Source: Octopus vulgaris
Lineage: Eukaryota
NCBI GenBank assembly: GCA_951406725.2
Contig: OX597826.1
Coordinates: forward strand, 12,710,001-12,774,000
DNA length: 64,000 nt
Reading direction: 5' to 3'
Shown: positions 1 to 13,289 of the stretch, in pieces
How the letters are laid out: every line of letters begins with the position of its first letter
Numbering within the stretch: the first letter of the stretch is position 1
Notes under the pieces: model-generated
Told to the model about the DNA's origin: nothing
The model's input: the letters and a program-made list of their open reading frames with translations, nothing else
The model's database searches: none
Translations under genes and position numbers: made by a program

Positions 1-166
1 TAAGTAAACATAGGAAATCTACAACGCATTTTCTCACAAAATATTCTTTTGACCATTTTCCTAGTTAATAACTATTGTCTGCATTAACCGTTTACTTATT
101 CTATATGCCAGAGATATACACACATATATATGCATAAATATATACACATACACACATACATACATA

Positions 167-204
<38 letters not shown>

Positions 205-1016
205 CATATATATATTATATATATATATTATGTGTGTGTATGTGCGTGCGTTTGTATGTGTGTATGTCTGTGTCTGTTGTGTGTGTGTATATATATATTA
301 GGCATCAGAGTGAATAAAATATTAGTTAATCTTATACTCGAGTTTCGCTATTAATGACCAAATAAAGTAATTTGGCATCTGTAGAGCATTAGTAAGGTCG
401 CTAAATAAATTCAGCAGTAAATAAATTCAGCGGTGTAATACACAGCTTAAGAATTGAAAAATTTTACTGCATAAATATAAGTGTAAAAAATTATTCAAAT
501 AATTTATAACCGGTGGTTCTCATGTATAATAGAAGTCATAAGACGGAAAATATTTTACATCAGAATGTATAAAGATTTATATACGGAGAGAAGACTCTTG
601 ACAGGACTTTTAACATGCTGAAAAAGGCAGTTAAAGCCAAACCACGAAAAACAAGAAATTCTTAAGTCACGCTGCTAATAGGCACCAGTGTTAATTAAAA
701 AATAGTTAACGCTATTCTCCAGTTTCGCTATTAATGACCAAATATATTTAATATGGCATCTGTAGCACATCAGTCGGGTCGCTAAAATGCATAATAACGT
801 GGCTATAATACGCACCGAAAACACGAAGTAAACATGTGTGTGGACAGCTCTATCCTTAAACATTATGGATTCAACCCTTGTGTCAGTGCGTATTCAGAAT
901 AGCACAGCAGTAAATAAATTCAGCTGTGTACTACACGGCTTATGAATTGAAAAAATTGACTATATATGAATATATATATATATATATACATATGTGTGAG
1001 TGTGTGTGTGTGTGTG

Positions 1017-1077
<61 letters not shown>

Positions 1078-1466
1078 CAATATAAGGAATGGTCATATAG
1101 GACATTCGACTCACTAGAAAGAGCAGCCAAAACTCATACCGCTAAATAGTTGTAATTCTGAAATAGAAAGAGAAATAAAAACGTTTACCCCTTTCGTCTC
1201 TGGACTATGCATAGTTTCGGCAAAACTTTTTGCAAATGAATTAATTAAGTTAAATTAAATTCATTTACATCTGGCGTGCCTCGTCAGCAGAGAGCCTAGG
1301 ACGAGTATATGTCCACGAGGCTATGGTAAAGAAGCCTCCAGTCACATATGCCCTAAATTTTCAAATCTTACCGCAATCGCGCGGTCTACTCAGCAGCAAA
1401 TATAAACTGCTGATTTAATTTCAAAATTAGCCAAAAAATCATTAATTAATAAATATAAGGGTAGCA

Positions 1467-1611
<145 letters not shown>

Positions 1612-1631
1612 TATATAAATATATATAAATC

Positions 1632-1669
<38 letters not shown>

Positions 1670-1976
1670 GCATATAGATATATCTATACATATATATATA
1701 CATATATATATACGTATATATACATACATACATATATACATATATACATATACGTATGCATATGTATATATATATAAATATATATATATATGAGTTCAGC
1801 AAAAATTTAGATTCAGATGAATATGGTACTTAAGTTGAGTCACCAGAATTTAGTACGGTATTATCCATACAATTTCAAAGTAAAATGATTAAAATCAAAA
1901 TAAGCAGCAAGCATATCCAGAGGATATCCTAGTTGCTTATTTTGATTTTAAATATTAATACATATATGAACGTATG

Positions 1977-2032
<56 letters not shown>

Positions 2033-2097
2033 CATACATATGTATATGTATGTGTATAAATGTTATATTTATATGTATGTATGCATATATATATATG

Positions 2098-2163
<66 letters not shown>

Positions 2164-2276
2164 GATATAGATATATAGATATAGATATAGATATAGATAT
2201 AGATATAGATATAGATGTAGATATAGACAGATAGATAGATATAGACATATATGCTACATATAATTATATATTATAT

Positions 2277-2395
2277 ACGATCCCTTTTGCTCGAAATTCT
2301 ATCCTCCCCCTTTTTTTGTTTCCTTCCCAAAAAGAAAAGCCCTACTTTGTATTTTGTCCCCTCTGTGTTTCGCTCTGTGAGGCCAATAAATAAAC
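2277..2395 (+). mobile_element. 3' end of a LINE-like element (possibly Tx1/L1 group)
   Basis: Homologous to the reverse complement of 49266-49383 (acgatccc...cccaaaagaaaagc...ttgtccc.tctgtgt...tgtg.ggccaataaa). Clade assignment is inference. Confidence 0.55.
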
Positions 2396-2937
2396 ATATT
2401 CCAACTAACATGATAGCAATCACTATCTTTAGTGATTCAATCATTATATGATAGGTTAGAAACGTGTTTTATCGATCGAGATCTGTCAGACGCCATATCA
2501 ATCTATTGCCGAGCAACATACGAACTAAAGAGAAAATTTCTACGTGGATGATTGACTTGTTAGAAGAAAGAGTAGTGAAATCCACAGCAAGTTTTTCAGC
2601 ACCCTCTTATAAAAAGAGAACACATATTAAAATCTACTTTTAAACGGAACGGTTACACATGGAACATGTTTCATTATGCGTATACTCCATTAATGGACTA
2701 AAGCAGAACGACGTTACTTTAGCACAGCAGACAGATACGGATGGTACATGGACGTCGTTGGGAAAACTGCAAGAAATAATTACGAAACGTTCTTTAAATG
2801 TTTTCTACAGTGAGACAAATAACATTAATTATTGAAGGCTTAGATTAACTATGGTAAGGCGTCGAGGTGACAACATCGTTGGTACGTCGGACAAAATACT
2901 TAGCGATATTTTTCCGCCTTTATTATCTGAGTTCAAA

Positions 2938-3321
2938 GGCGGCGAGCTGGCAGAAACGTTAGCGCGCCGGGCGAAATGCTTAGCGATATTTCGTCTGTCT
3001 TTTCGTTCAGAGTTCGAATTCCGCCGAGGTCGACTTTGCCTTTCATCCTCTCGGCGTCGATAAATTAAGTACCAGTTGCGCATTGGGGTCGATGTAATCG
3101 ACTTAATCCCTTTGTCTGTCCTTGTTTGTCCCTTCTATGTTTAGCCCCATCCCTAGGTAGTTCGTCTGCCGTTGCGTTTTGAGTTCCAATTCCGCCGAGG
3201 TCGACTTTCGGAGTCGATAAATTAAGTACCAGTTACGCACTGGGGTCGATGTAATCGACTCAATCCCTTTGTCCTTGTTTGTCTCCTCTATGTTTAGTCC
3301 CTTATGAACAATAAAGAAATA
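2938..3321 (+). mobile_element. SINE family A (dimeric copy) nested in an older family A copy (about 2865-3470)
   Basis: tRNA-like head GGCGGCGAGCTGGCAGAAACGTTAGC; box B-like GAGTTCGAATTCC; core GTCGACTTTGCCTTTCATCC...GTCGATAAATTAAGTACCAG (Meta-SINE-like). 16-bp TSD attatctgagttcaaa at 2922-2937 and 3322-3337. Confidence 0.9.
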
Positions 3322-4566
3322 ATTATCTGAGTTCAAATTACGCTGAGGTTGACTTTACCCTCCATCCGTTCAGTGTCGATAAAATGAGTACCAGTTGAGC
3401 CCTTGGATGGATGTAAATGACTGATCCTCTTTCTCCGAAATTTCTGGCCTTGAACGAAAATTTGAAACCAATGTAATATGCGATAGTTATAGCAAGAATG
3501 GCTTTGATCATAGATTTGGATGGACGAGACTGAATTGGGACAAAACAATAAGTGCAACAACAAAAATGACAGCAACAACACCATAAGATTTCTCTTGTAT
3601 CCACGACGACTTACAAAAGAATTTATATAAACATTCAAAAACAAAGATTTCCTATTAGGGAATCAACGTCCATAGATAAACGTAATGCATGTCTTGTCTA
3701 CAGTTTTCAAATCTTTCCATCAATGTGTTTTTCAACAAAATATTTACATACAGCTATTTATAGCTTTGTATCTACTTCGAGATCCAGTTCCCATAAGAAT
3801 TGTTTTTACATTCTCTCGAAGGTTCATAAGTTCTTATGACATTAACAGTAAGTGTTTGTTCGTGTGTGCATGTGTGTAAATGTGCATGTGCATTCATGTA
3901 TGTATATATGTGTGTCTGCGTGAAGGGTGTATTGTATGATGGAAAACCGCATCAAGTTTTCATATCTTTCATACCCAAATATTTCCTAAGGTGTTTAAGG
4001 CAGAGTTTAATTATTTGCATGAAACCATTTGTTATGAGCAAATAATCTTCTTTAGCCATACATTTTTAACATTCTTCTTATTTCTACCTCTAATATGTAT
4101 TGATCTTTGCGAATTTGGTTGATGCAGCAAGAATGTACGTGCATATGTCTGTGTGTGCGTGTGTGTTTATGTGTGTCTGTGAGACTCTTTTATCCTTCAT
4201 TAAACCCTAGAAGATATTGATTTTTTTCAATATGTAGAGTTTTAGAGTTAGTTACTACACTTTAGACAAAATGGCTTGCAATATAGCACACTACAAGGGA
4301 AAATAAAGTACCTACATATGCTACCTCTATTCCAGATATCCGCGTGGAACTGCAAAAATGAATGCAATTGTCACTATGGATATGCATTTCAAAGAATGCA
4401 TTTGGTGAATCACTCTCCTCCTAGCAGGATGCTGAAGTTGGCAACATCCACGGAAGTTTAGCCACTGCACGTTAAGGAAAGATTAAAAAAAAAGCTCCAC
4501 ATCGCGCTATTATTTTATTTAGAGTGTTTGCAATCAGCGAAATAAATTGACTGTAATAAACAGGGG

Positions 4567-4832
4567 TATGTGGAGGCGCGTGGCTTAGTGGTTAGGGTGT
4601 CAGCATCATGATCGTAAGACTGTGGCTTCGATTACTGGACAGGGGGACGCGTTGTGTTCTTGAGCAAAACACTTCATTTCACGTTGCTCCAGTTCACCCA
4701 GCTGGCAAAAAATGAGTAACGCTGCAATGGACTGGCGTCCCGTCCAGCTGGGTAACACATACGGCATTGAAACCGGGAAACTGGGCCCATGAGCCTGGCT
4801 AGGCTTTAAAAGGGCGCATTTATTAATTTTTT
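4567..4832 (+). mobile_element. tRNA-derived SINE family C
   Basis: Box A TGGCTTAGTGG, box B-like GCTTCGATTAC, CORE-like TTGAGCAAAACACTTCATTTCAC. 13-bp TSD taataaacagggg at 4554-4566 and 4833-4845. Confidence 0.85.
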
Positions 4833-5212
4833 TAATAAACAGGGGAATACTTGACCTGGTACCTTATTATTCGTTTGGTGTGGCCTAGCTATAGAAAAAT
4901 TAGTCAATAGACTATATATATTATTCATATAAAATACAGTTCATATTTAAACACATTAAGAGGTTTCCATCATAGAAATCATTTACGATAGCTGTTCTTT
5001 CTAGCGTAAAGGATTCCTATGATGGAAACCTCTTAATATGTTTATATATGTGTGTGTATGTGTGTGTGTTTGTGTGTGTGTATGTGTGTGTAATTTCATT
5101 CTACCGTGGTATGCATATGTATAGGTCATGGTGTACCTATGCACGTAGATACGTGTGGGTACATACATATATACGTGCTTAGATATGCAAGTGAATGTAT
5201 CTGTTTGTGTGT

Positions 5213-5258
<46 letters not shown>

Positions 5259-5754
5259 ACAATGATGGATTTGAGGGTTTCGTTTATTTATGAATTGATT
5301 TCTAAATTTCCCCGGAGTATAAATACCTATAATAGTGATACTTAAAAAGAATAGATAAAATTTTGTTTAGAAATCGTACTTACAATTTTCCCGATAAGCA
5401 ACTGGTCATATTATTTATATCCTTCAATGAACTGCAGAACGTTTGATTCGCCTGCCATCACTGATGGATGTTAAAAACACCTCTTGAATTCTACGCAATA
5501 TTGTCTATAAGTATTTCATTTTGTTCATAATCTTTTTCCTAATCATGATTACTATTTGAATAATCAGTTTAGTCATATGCAAATTTAACTCTTATGCGTT
5601 GGCTTAAACATCGATCAAGTCTACTTTAAGTTGTCATCTATTTAGGCTTCTAATCTTCGTTTAGTCAAACACTTACAAAGCTTGATTCGGTTCAATTAAA
5701 AAGCGTGGGTAAGGAATGCATTGTAAGCGACATTATAATGTACGAAAAAAATAA

Positions 5755-6135
5755 GGCGGTGAGCTGGCAGAAACGTTAGCACGCCAGGCGAAATGCCTGG
5801 CCGTATTTCGTCTGTCGTTACGTTCCGATTTCAAATTCCGCCGAGGTCGACTTTGCCTTTTATCCTTTTGGGGTGGATAAATTAATCGACTTAATCCGTT
5901 TGTCAGTCCTTGTTTGTCCCCTCTGTGTTTAGCCCCTTGTGAGCAGTAAAGAAATAGGTGCTTCGTCTGCCGTTACGTTCTGAGTTCAAATTCAGAGTCG
6001 ACTTTGCCTTTCATCCTTTCGGGGTGGATAAGTTAAGTACCAGTTATGCACTGGGGTCGATGTAATCGACTTAATCCGTTTGTCTGTCCTTGTTTGTCCC
6101 CTCTATGTTTAGCCCCTTGTAGATAGTAAAGAAAT
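5755..6135 (+). mobile_element. SINE family A, dimeric
   Basis: Family head and core; second unit starts after gaaat|aggt; TSD about tataa(t/c)gtacgaaaaaa. Confidence 0.9.
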
Positions 6136-6446
6136 ATATAACGTACGAAAAAATATATATGCGCGCAGGGTATGCATCACCCCTCCAAAACCTAGTTTTT
6201 TTCTTTATTCATTTTGCTTCTCTTAAACCCCACCCTCTTTCTATCTATCTGTCTGTCTGTCTGTTTGTTTGTCTGTCTCTCCCTTTATATCTTTGTCTCT
6301 TCTACTCCCTGTCTATCTTTCACGCCTTTTACTTATGTCCATGTCTATCTAACTCACTTTTCATTCATAATCTTTTACGTAATTTTTTCCCTTCACTTTA
6401 CCTCTAAAGTTCAGTTCGTTTTACTATTTTTAAAAAGACTAGGAAA

Positions 6447-6615
6447 CGACAAGCTGGCAGAGTTGTTAGCACGCCGGGCAAAATGCTTCGCAGTATAATT
6501 CGTCCGTTTTTCACGTTCTGAGTTCAAATGTCACCGGGGTCGACTTTGCCTTTAAGTTTTGGGGGTTCGATAAAATAAGTACTCGAAAGTGCTGGCCTCG
6601 TGCTAAAATTTGAAA
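6447..6615 (+). mobile_element. SINE family A, degenerate
   Basis: Diverged head (gacaagctggcagagttgttagcacgccggg) and core. Confidence 0.7.
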
Positions 6616-6741
6616 TCAATATTTCAAAAGGACTACGTTTTCTGAATTCTCTTCAAGCAACATCACAATTCTACATTTTAAGATCAACTTTTTTTGTAAG
6701 CTGGCAATTGAAATATTCCATAAATCGGGTTGGTGCAGATA

Positions 6742-7247
6742 TCTATATATATAAAACTCTAGTTGTGTGAGTGTCTGTCCCCTTCGATTTAGATTCCTAA
6801 CTCCTCCCACATTTTGCGGTGCAGTTTAACCAAATTCGGGTATCTTATAGTCGTGATTCATATCGAGCCCGTCTGACTATTAGCGCGCGTCAACGATGAG
6901 TCTACGATTTTAAAAATAATTTAACATCATTTTTTATTCCATTTTAATGCATAAAATGCATCGTGTGTCGATGGCGGCGGAGTTGGCGTCCATGGTCACA
7001 GCTGCACCTGTTTGCTTCTCCCCCTTCCCTCCCTCGTGAAGCTGTGGGGAAGGGAGTGTAAAGAAATCAACGTCGTAATGCGTTGTGAAGGAAACCAGCG
7101 TTCTTTTAGAACAACGACTTCATGGCTTGAAGACACCAAAACAAAAATGGCTAAGAAAGCCCGAATTTATAAGGGAAGTAACTCTCTAAAAATGCTTATA
7201 TAGTTATTTCCCTTACAAACCCGAGCAACGCCGGGCGATACTGCTAG
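6742..7247 (+). mobile_element. Non-autonomous Helitron
   Basis: 5' TC (a|TCTATATATATAAA); subterminal GC hairpin cccgagcaacgccggg; 3' CTAG|t; inserted between A and T with no TSD. Confidence 0.85.
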
Positions 7248-7620
7248 TTAAAGATAATTTTTAAACAACATCTCATCTGCCTCTAAACTGTACTCTACAC
7301 CCTAAAGCTATGACACAAGCTGAATCACAAGGGAGCTAATCTGAAATCTAATGGAAATGTGGTGTCATTTAGTCAGTTTCTGTCTTCCTCTACACATTCC
7401 GGAAATCTTACAGTGGAGAAAATAGTCGATATACTCGGCAACTTGTGACATTTATACCTTCCCTTTCTCAGAGAACTTGAAGTTAATTTAACACCGAAAT
7501 CCGAAACGTTATTTGAATGTCAGTTTCCCAAGTTCCTAGATATGCTCTCCCCTTTAGCAATAATCATTAATCGATTTACTTTATTTCCGTGAGATAGTTA
7601 ACGATCATGTCTACAGACAA

Positions 7621-8033
7621 GGCGGCAAACTGGCAGAATCGTTAGCACGCCGGGCGAAATGCGTAGCCGTATTTCGTCTGCCGTTACGTTCTGAGTTCAA
7701 ATTCCGCCGAGGTCGACTTTGCCTGTCATCCTTTCGGGGTCGATAAATTAAGTACCTGTTATGCACTGGGTACGATGTAATCGACTTAATCTGTTTGTCT
7801 GTTCTTGTTTGCCTCCTCTATGTTTAGCCCCTTGTGGGTAGTAAAGAAATAGGTATTTCGTCTGCCGCTACGTTCTGAGTTCAAATTCCGCCGAGGTCGA
7901 CTTTGCCTTTCATCCTTTCGGGGTCGATAAATTAAGTACCAGTTACGCACTGGGGTCGATATAATCGACTTAATCCGTTTGTCTGTCCTTATTTGTCCCC
8001 TCTATGTTAAGCTCCTTGTGGGCAATAAATAAA
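7621..8033 (+). mobile_element. SINE family A, dimeric
   Basis: Full unit plus second unit from aggtatttcg. TSD atcatgtctac(a/g)gacaa at 7604-7620 and 8037-8053. Confidence 0.92.
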
Positions 8034-9140
8034 CATATCATGTCTACGGACAAACGGTAGTACCAGGAATGAACTCGCAACCTCTATGTTGAACAACCAG
8101 CACATTGTCTACTTGATCACTGAGCGTCTTCAGAACGTTTACTTTGGCTAGTTTCTTAACTGGCGCATGCGTCAGAAGTCTTTGTGCTTGGAAAATTACT
8201 TCTGTTTGATAAATAGTCACTTGAAAATGTCAGAATTGATTAAAATATTAATGACTCTTCGCAGTAGTTGCTGTTGATATTTATTGTTTTGAAACCGAAA
8301 TTGCACAAAAGCAGCCATGAATTTGCGGATGATTATGGAAAATACACAAAAGTGAAATCTGATGTAAAATGTTAACTGTCGATGTTATACATTTTTAATT
8401 CATGACATAATCATCTCCCAGACGAAACTAACAATAGGAAGAAGAAACAAATAAATCACAAAGGAAATACCTAAACAAACAAAAAAAATATTATGAAGCA
8501 GATGCAAACGAATACACAATGATTTTAACAAGGAAATGAAAAATGTAGGCGTATCGAAACGAAAGGCAATGGTGTGAAAAACCATTCATTGCTATGTAAT
8601 GCAAATGAAAGCAGAAGTTAAATAATACAAAAAGAGAATTTATGAATTTCAGAGAGTATCAACAAATGTAAGCAGATACAAACAATAATTTCACACCAAA
8701 TATGAACGGAAGGTCTTTATATTAATTATACAGGTAAAACTGTGATGCAAAAAGACTTATTAAAATGCGATCTATTTACATTAACAGCTAGATAGGAAGT
8801 AATAATTGAAAGGAAAATTATTCAATAGGTAGGAATAATATTGGAGAACAGATTAATTGTTGAGTAAATACGGCATTAAACAGGAAGCCTTGTGGTTATA
8901 ATATATGGAGCACAGAGCGAAAAGCTGAATAATTTTGAACATGAAACAGGGATTGAAATATTTATGAGAGAAGATTCTTGCATGAAAAATGAATAAGAGT
9001 ACAGGCAAAGAGTTCATTTCTGTTTTAAATTTCTCATTCCTCCTCATAGGAAATGCTTTTGTTTTGAAGATATAATGAATGGGAACATTATAAAGAGAAA
9101 AACGAGAAATAATAGATGTGTAAGAAATATCTATGTACAT

Positions 9141-9178
<38 letters not shown>

Positions 9179-9202
9179 ATATATATACATATATATACAT
9201 AA

Positions 9203-9295
<93 letters not shown>

Positions 9296-9334
9296 TTTAT
9301 ACATAAATATACGTACGTATATATATATACATAT

Positions 9335-9373
<39 letters not shown>

Positions 9374-9419
9374 TATATACCTATATACCTACATATATGT
9401 ATATATTCATATATATATG

Positions 9420-9456
<37 letters not shown>

Positions 9457-10205
9457 ACATACACATATACATCTGTGTGTGTGTATGTGTGTGTTTATAT
9501 ATGTAATTGATAGGAGAAGCAATTACATTAGGAAGCGAGCTTGGATTATAATTACACGTCTAAGAAAACAAGAAACTGGAATACGATTTATAAGAATCGT
9601 ACTGGCATGGCTAAACGTTAGCCAAAGAACAATAAGAGAAATTCAAAACAAGAGCAATAACATATATATATATATTACATTGTTGACTATAAAGCTTTGC
9701 AGTGTGCAGACGATATTTTATGAGATAACAAAAAGAAGAGATAATATGATTAATCCTTATTACATAAGATTTTTGAAGCGCCGCCATTGCAATAGTTCTG
9801 CAGTTTTGCTCCGACCTTCTGTCTATAAATTCTAACTGATTTTTGCTCTCTGTCTAATACATTTATCTTATAAATTGGTAGGTTTTTGGCTTTTGTTTTC
9901 ATTGTAATTTTTTTTTATCTCATTCTATTTCACATTCTGGCGGCTACGTTCACACACCTACATATAAACAAGCACTTTACACATACGCAGACAAATACAC
10001 GCACAACAATATACGCAGAGAAACACCCACTATGAATATCTATGTATTCGTCCATGTGAGAATAAATAAACACAGACAAATATATAACTGTTTACGCAAT
10101 TGTAAATATGTGTGTACAGGAAACAATATACACAAACAGTTACATAAAAATATTCTAATGGGGAAGAACGTAAAGTGTATTGTGGAATATATGTATATGT
10201 GTATA

Positions 10206-10280
<75 letters not shown>

Positions 10281-10296
10281 GTATATATATACGTAC

Positions 10297-10418
<122 letters not shown>

Positions 10419-10427
10419 GTATGTATG

Positions 10428-10459
<32 letters not shown>

Positions 10460-10821
10460 AATTTTTGTTTTAAATGGACTCTACTTCATGAATAAACATT
10501 TTCTTTTACACAGTGCTTAAATGTATAAATGTACGCTCATATACACACATATACACGTATATGTGTGTGTGTGTGTGTGTATTTGTGTGAGCGTGCGTGC
10601 TTATGCGTGTATAACGATTTGTAAATACAAATTTACTTACCATCTACAGTATCAGCAGTTCCTAACTGATATATATATATATATATAAGTATGAATATAT
10701 ATATGTGTGTGAGTCTGTACGTGTTTGTGTGTGTGTCTGTAGGTGTGTATGTGCGTGTATGCATGTAAGATAATTTTTAGGTCACAACTGATTGTGATTT
10801 TGATGCCTCGTCTTTGTTGCC

Positions 10822-10857
10822 TTCGTCTGATGAAGGCGTGCAGACCGAAACGTCGAA
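10822..10857 (+). ncRNA. Minimal type I hammerhead ribozyme-like motif
   Basis: CTGATGA-A-GG-cgtgcaga-CC-GAAA-CG-TC; stem I imperfect. Confidence 0.55.
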
Positions 10858-11033
10858 TCACTGTCAAAGCTTTCTGACCATTCAACGTATTTGATACTCT
10901 AATTAAAGGCATTACATTACTTCAATTAATCACTTCTGTTTTTATACATAGCATGCACATATATACACATATATGTGTGTGTGTGTATGTGCGTGTGGGG
11001 GTGGTGAATGTATGCATGTATATATATATATAT

Positions 11034-11427
11034 CTTTTACTTGTTTCAGTCATTTGACTGCGGCCATACTGGAGCACTACCTTTAATCGAGCAACTCGAC
11101 CCCGGGACTTATTCTTTTGTAAGCCCAGTACTTATTCTATCGGTCTCTTTTGCAGAACCGCTAAGTAACGGGGACATAAACACACCAGCATCGGTTGTCA
11201 AGCAATGCTAGGGGGACAAGCACAGACACAAATATACATACACACATATATATATACATATATACGACGGGCTTCTTTCAGTTTCCGTCTACCAAATCCA
11301 CTCACAAGGCTTTGGTCGGCCCGAGGCTATAGTAGAAGACACTTGCCCAAGGTGCCACACAGTGGGACTGAACCCGGAACCATGTGGTTGGTAAACAAGC
11401 TACTTACCACACAGCCACTCCTGCGCC
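11034..11427 (-). mobile_element. tRNA-derived SINE family B with internal microsatellite
   Basis: Minus strand reads GGCGCAGGAGTGGCTGTGTGGT (box A), GGTTCAGTCCC (box B), CORE-like CCTTGGGCAAGTGTCTT, internal TA/TG tract, and tail ...GACTGAAACAAGTAAAAG. Confidence 0.9.
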
Positions 11428-11509
<82 letters not shown>

Positions 11510-12693
11510 AAGAGAGAGGGAGGGAGATGACAGAGAGACAGAGAGGGAGATAAAGAGAAGGAAATTACGTTGTTCTCAGATCTTATCGTGACAAACTATA
11601 TGGTATTTTATTAGAGAATATAGTGCCTTTTTGGGGGAAAGGGATTTTCTACTAAGTAATTAGTACTATTATTGCAAGGCTTAATTGGAAATGATCAACT
11701 TCCTTCTTCACTTTACCATAACCGAAGTTTCTGCTTCGAATGATTCTTCAAATCAAAGGCTCGTCTCTTCGAAACAGCGACCAAGAGAAATTAACATAAT
11801 TTATCTTTCTTGTCGCATAAGCGTTTTCTTGCATCTGTGTTAACTTTTTTCTGTTTTGTTGGCTAACTGTTTCTTTTGTAACTCTTTTTATTTACAAGTA
11901 GAGAATTTTAAAGTATTTTCTGACAAATTATGAATGTGCGCTTTCCTCTATCCATTATCGGTCTCTAAATCCTCACATCTCAGTATTTTACGAGAATATC
12001 ATAGGAGAGATTTGTTATTAGCAAAACCGTTAGCAATTCGTAAAATAACTGAGAGATCCTATTAAAATATAAAGCTATTCTCAGTAAGTCCTCACCCTTT
12101 TTCCATGTGACGTGGAGTAATCCCAGGAAATCATTAATGATTATGCGAATAGTCCAAGCATTCAATTCTCCTGATGTCGCTAATTTCACAAAACCGTTTT
12201 TCTCCATATAGAGAAACATCAACGCAAGTAACTCGGGCACCCATGCCAATTTTCCTTACGTATTCTTTCGGATGGAAAATTCATCTATCTATACAAATTG
12301 ATTTTCATTTTACATGTAACCCATTTCCTTCGACAATCAATCTTCCCGATAGTATTCGAATTATGTTTTCAAGTCCTCCTGTGTGTATTTAGTATTTCCT
12401 AACGTAACTTTGGCAGTGGTATTCTTTGAATACTTCTACGTTATGATCCTTTTCGGATATCGACTCAAGGTCTATCCCTTACGAAGCTATTCCTTACCCT
12501 GTTTTTTTCTCTTTTTTAAAATTTGATTTTGTTATTGTCATATATGTTAACTCAATATTCGTCATTAGCGTTACTGTAGAAATTATCTTCCGATATCTAC
12601 AAAGTATTAGTGTTAGGAGGTTTTTTATTCTTCCTATTATCATTTACATAGATGCTATTTACATAGATGCAACACTTATTAAATTAATATGCA

Positions 12694-12960
12694 TGGCCGA
12701 ATGTATTACACTCATGATCGTAAGATTGTTGTTTCGATTTCCTGACCAGGTGATGCGATGTGTTCATCAGCTTAACATTTAATTTCGCATTCGTCCTTCA
12801 GTTATAAATTACTTCATTCAATAAACTGGGAATTTAAACCTGCGACCGACCACAGTGTGCTCAGGGGCAAGTGTTGTAATATCATTCACTTACACGCCCT
12901 GGAAGTTAGGTTAAGTTTCAGCCTAATAAGCCTAAGAGCTCATGCCTGACCTAGACCTAT
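12694..12960 (+). mobile_element. Degenerate SINE family C
   Basis: catgatcgtaagattgttgtttcgatt... resembles 4607-4635. Confidence 0.5.
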
Positions 12961-13002
12961 ACTGTTGTTAGTGTTTTGTTCCAGGTTAGTCCTGACCAAA
13001 CA

Positions 13003-13289
13003 TTGGTTGAACAATAGCCAAGCACAAGTACTTGTACATTGTTGGGAGACCTTACTTGCTCCTTCAAAAAGCACCATCAATCGACACCTTTATGAGTTCT
13101 GCTTCGTGAATGGACGTTAAAGAGAAGCTCCTTGTGGACAGACCAATGACCAGGCGCAAACACAAGTGAACATTTGTAAATCTAAACAGTGTTGGTGGTA
13201 GTGCAGTTCGCTTTTGACTTCCCCTAGTAATTTGATAGAGAAGCATCAACTGAAATTTTTTTCCACTCCGCCAGTACACACGGTGAAGA
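13003..13289 (+). repeat. Dispersed copy of 14859-15143 flanked by 31-bp direct repeats
   Basis: Collinear with 14859-15143. Flanks 12972-13002 and 13290-13320 are 30/31 identical. Confidence 0.9.

Noticed and set aside
4570-4645. tRNA gene (also other SINE heads)
   Set aside because: Has box A/B but no acceptor stem, and continues into a SINE body with a TSD.
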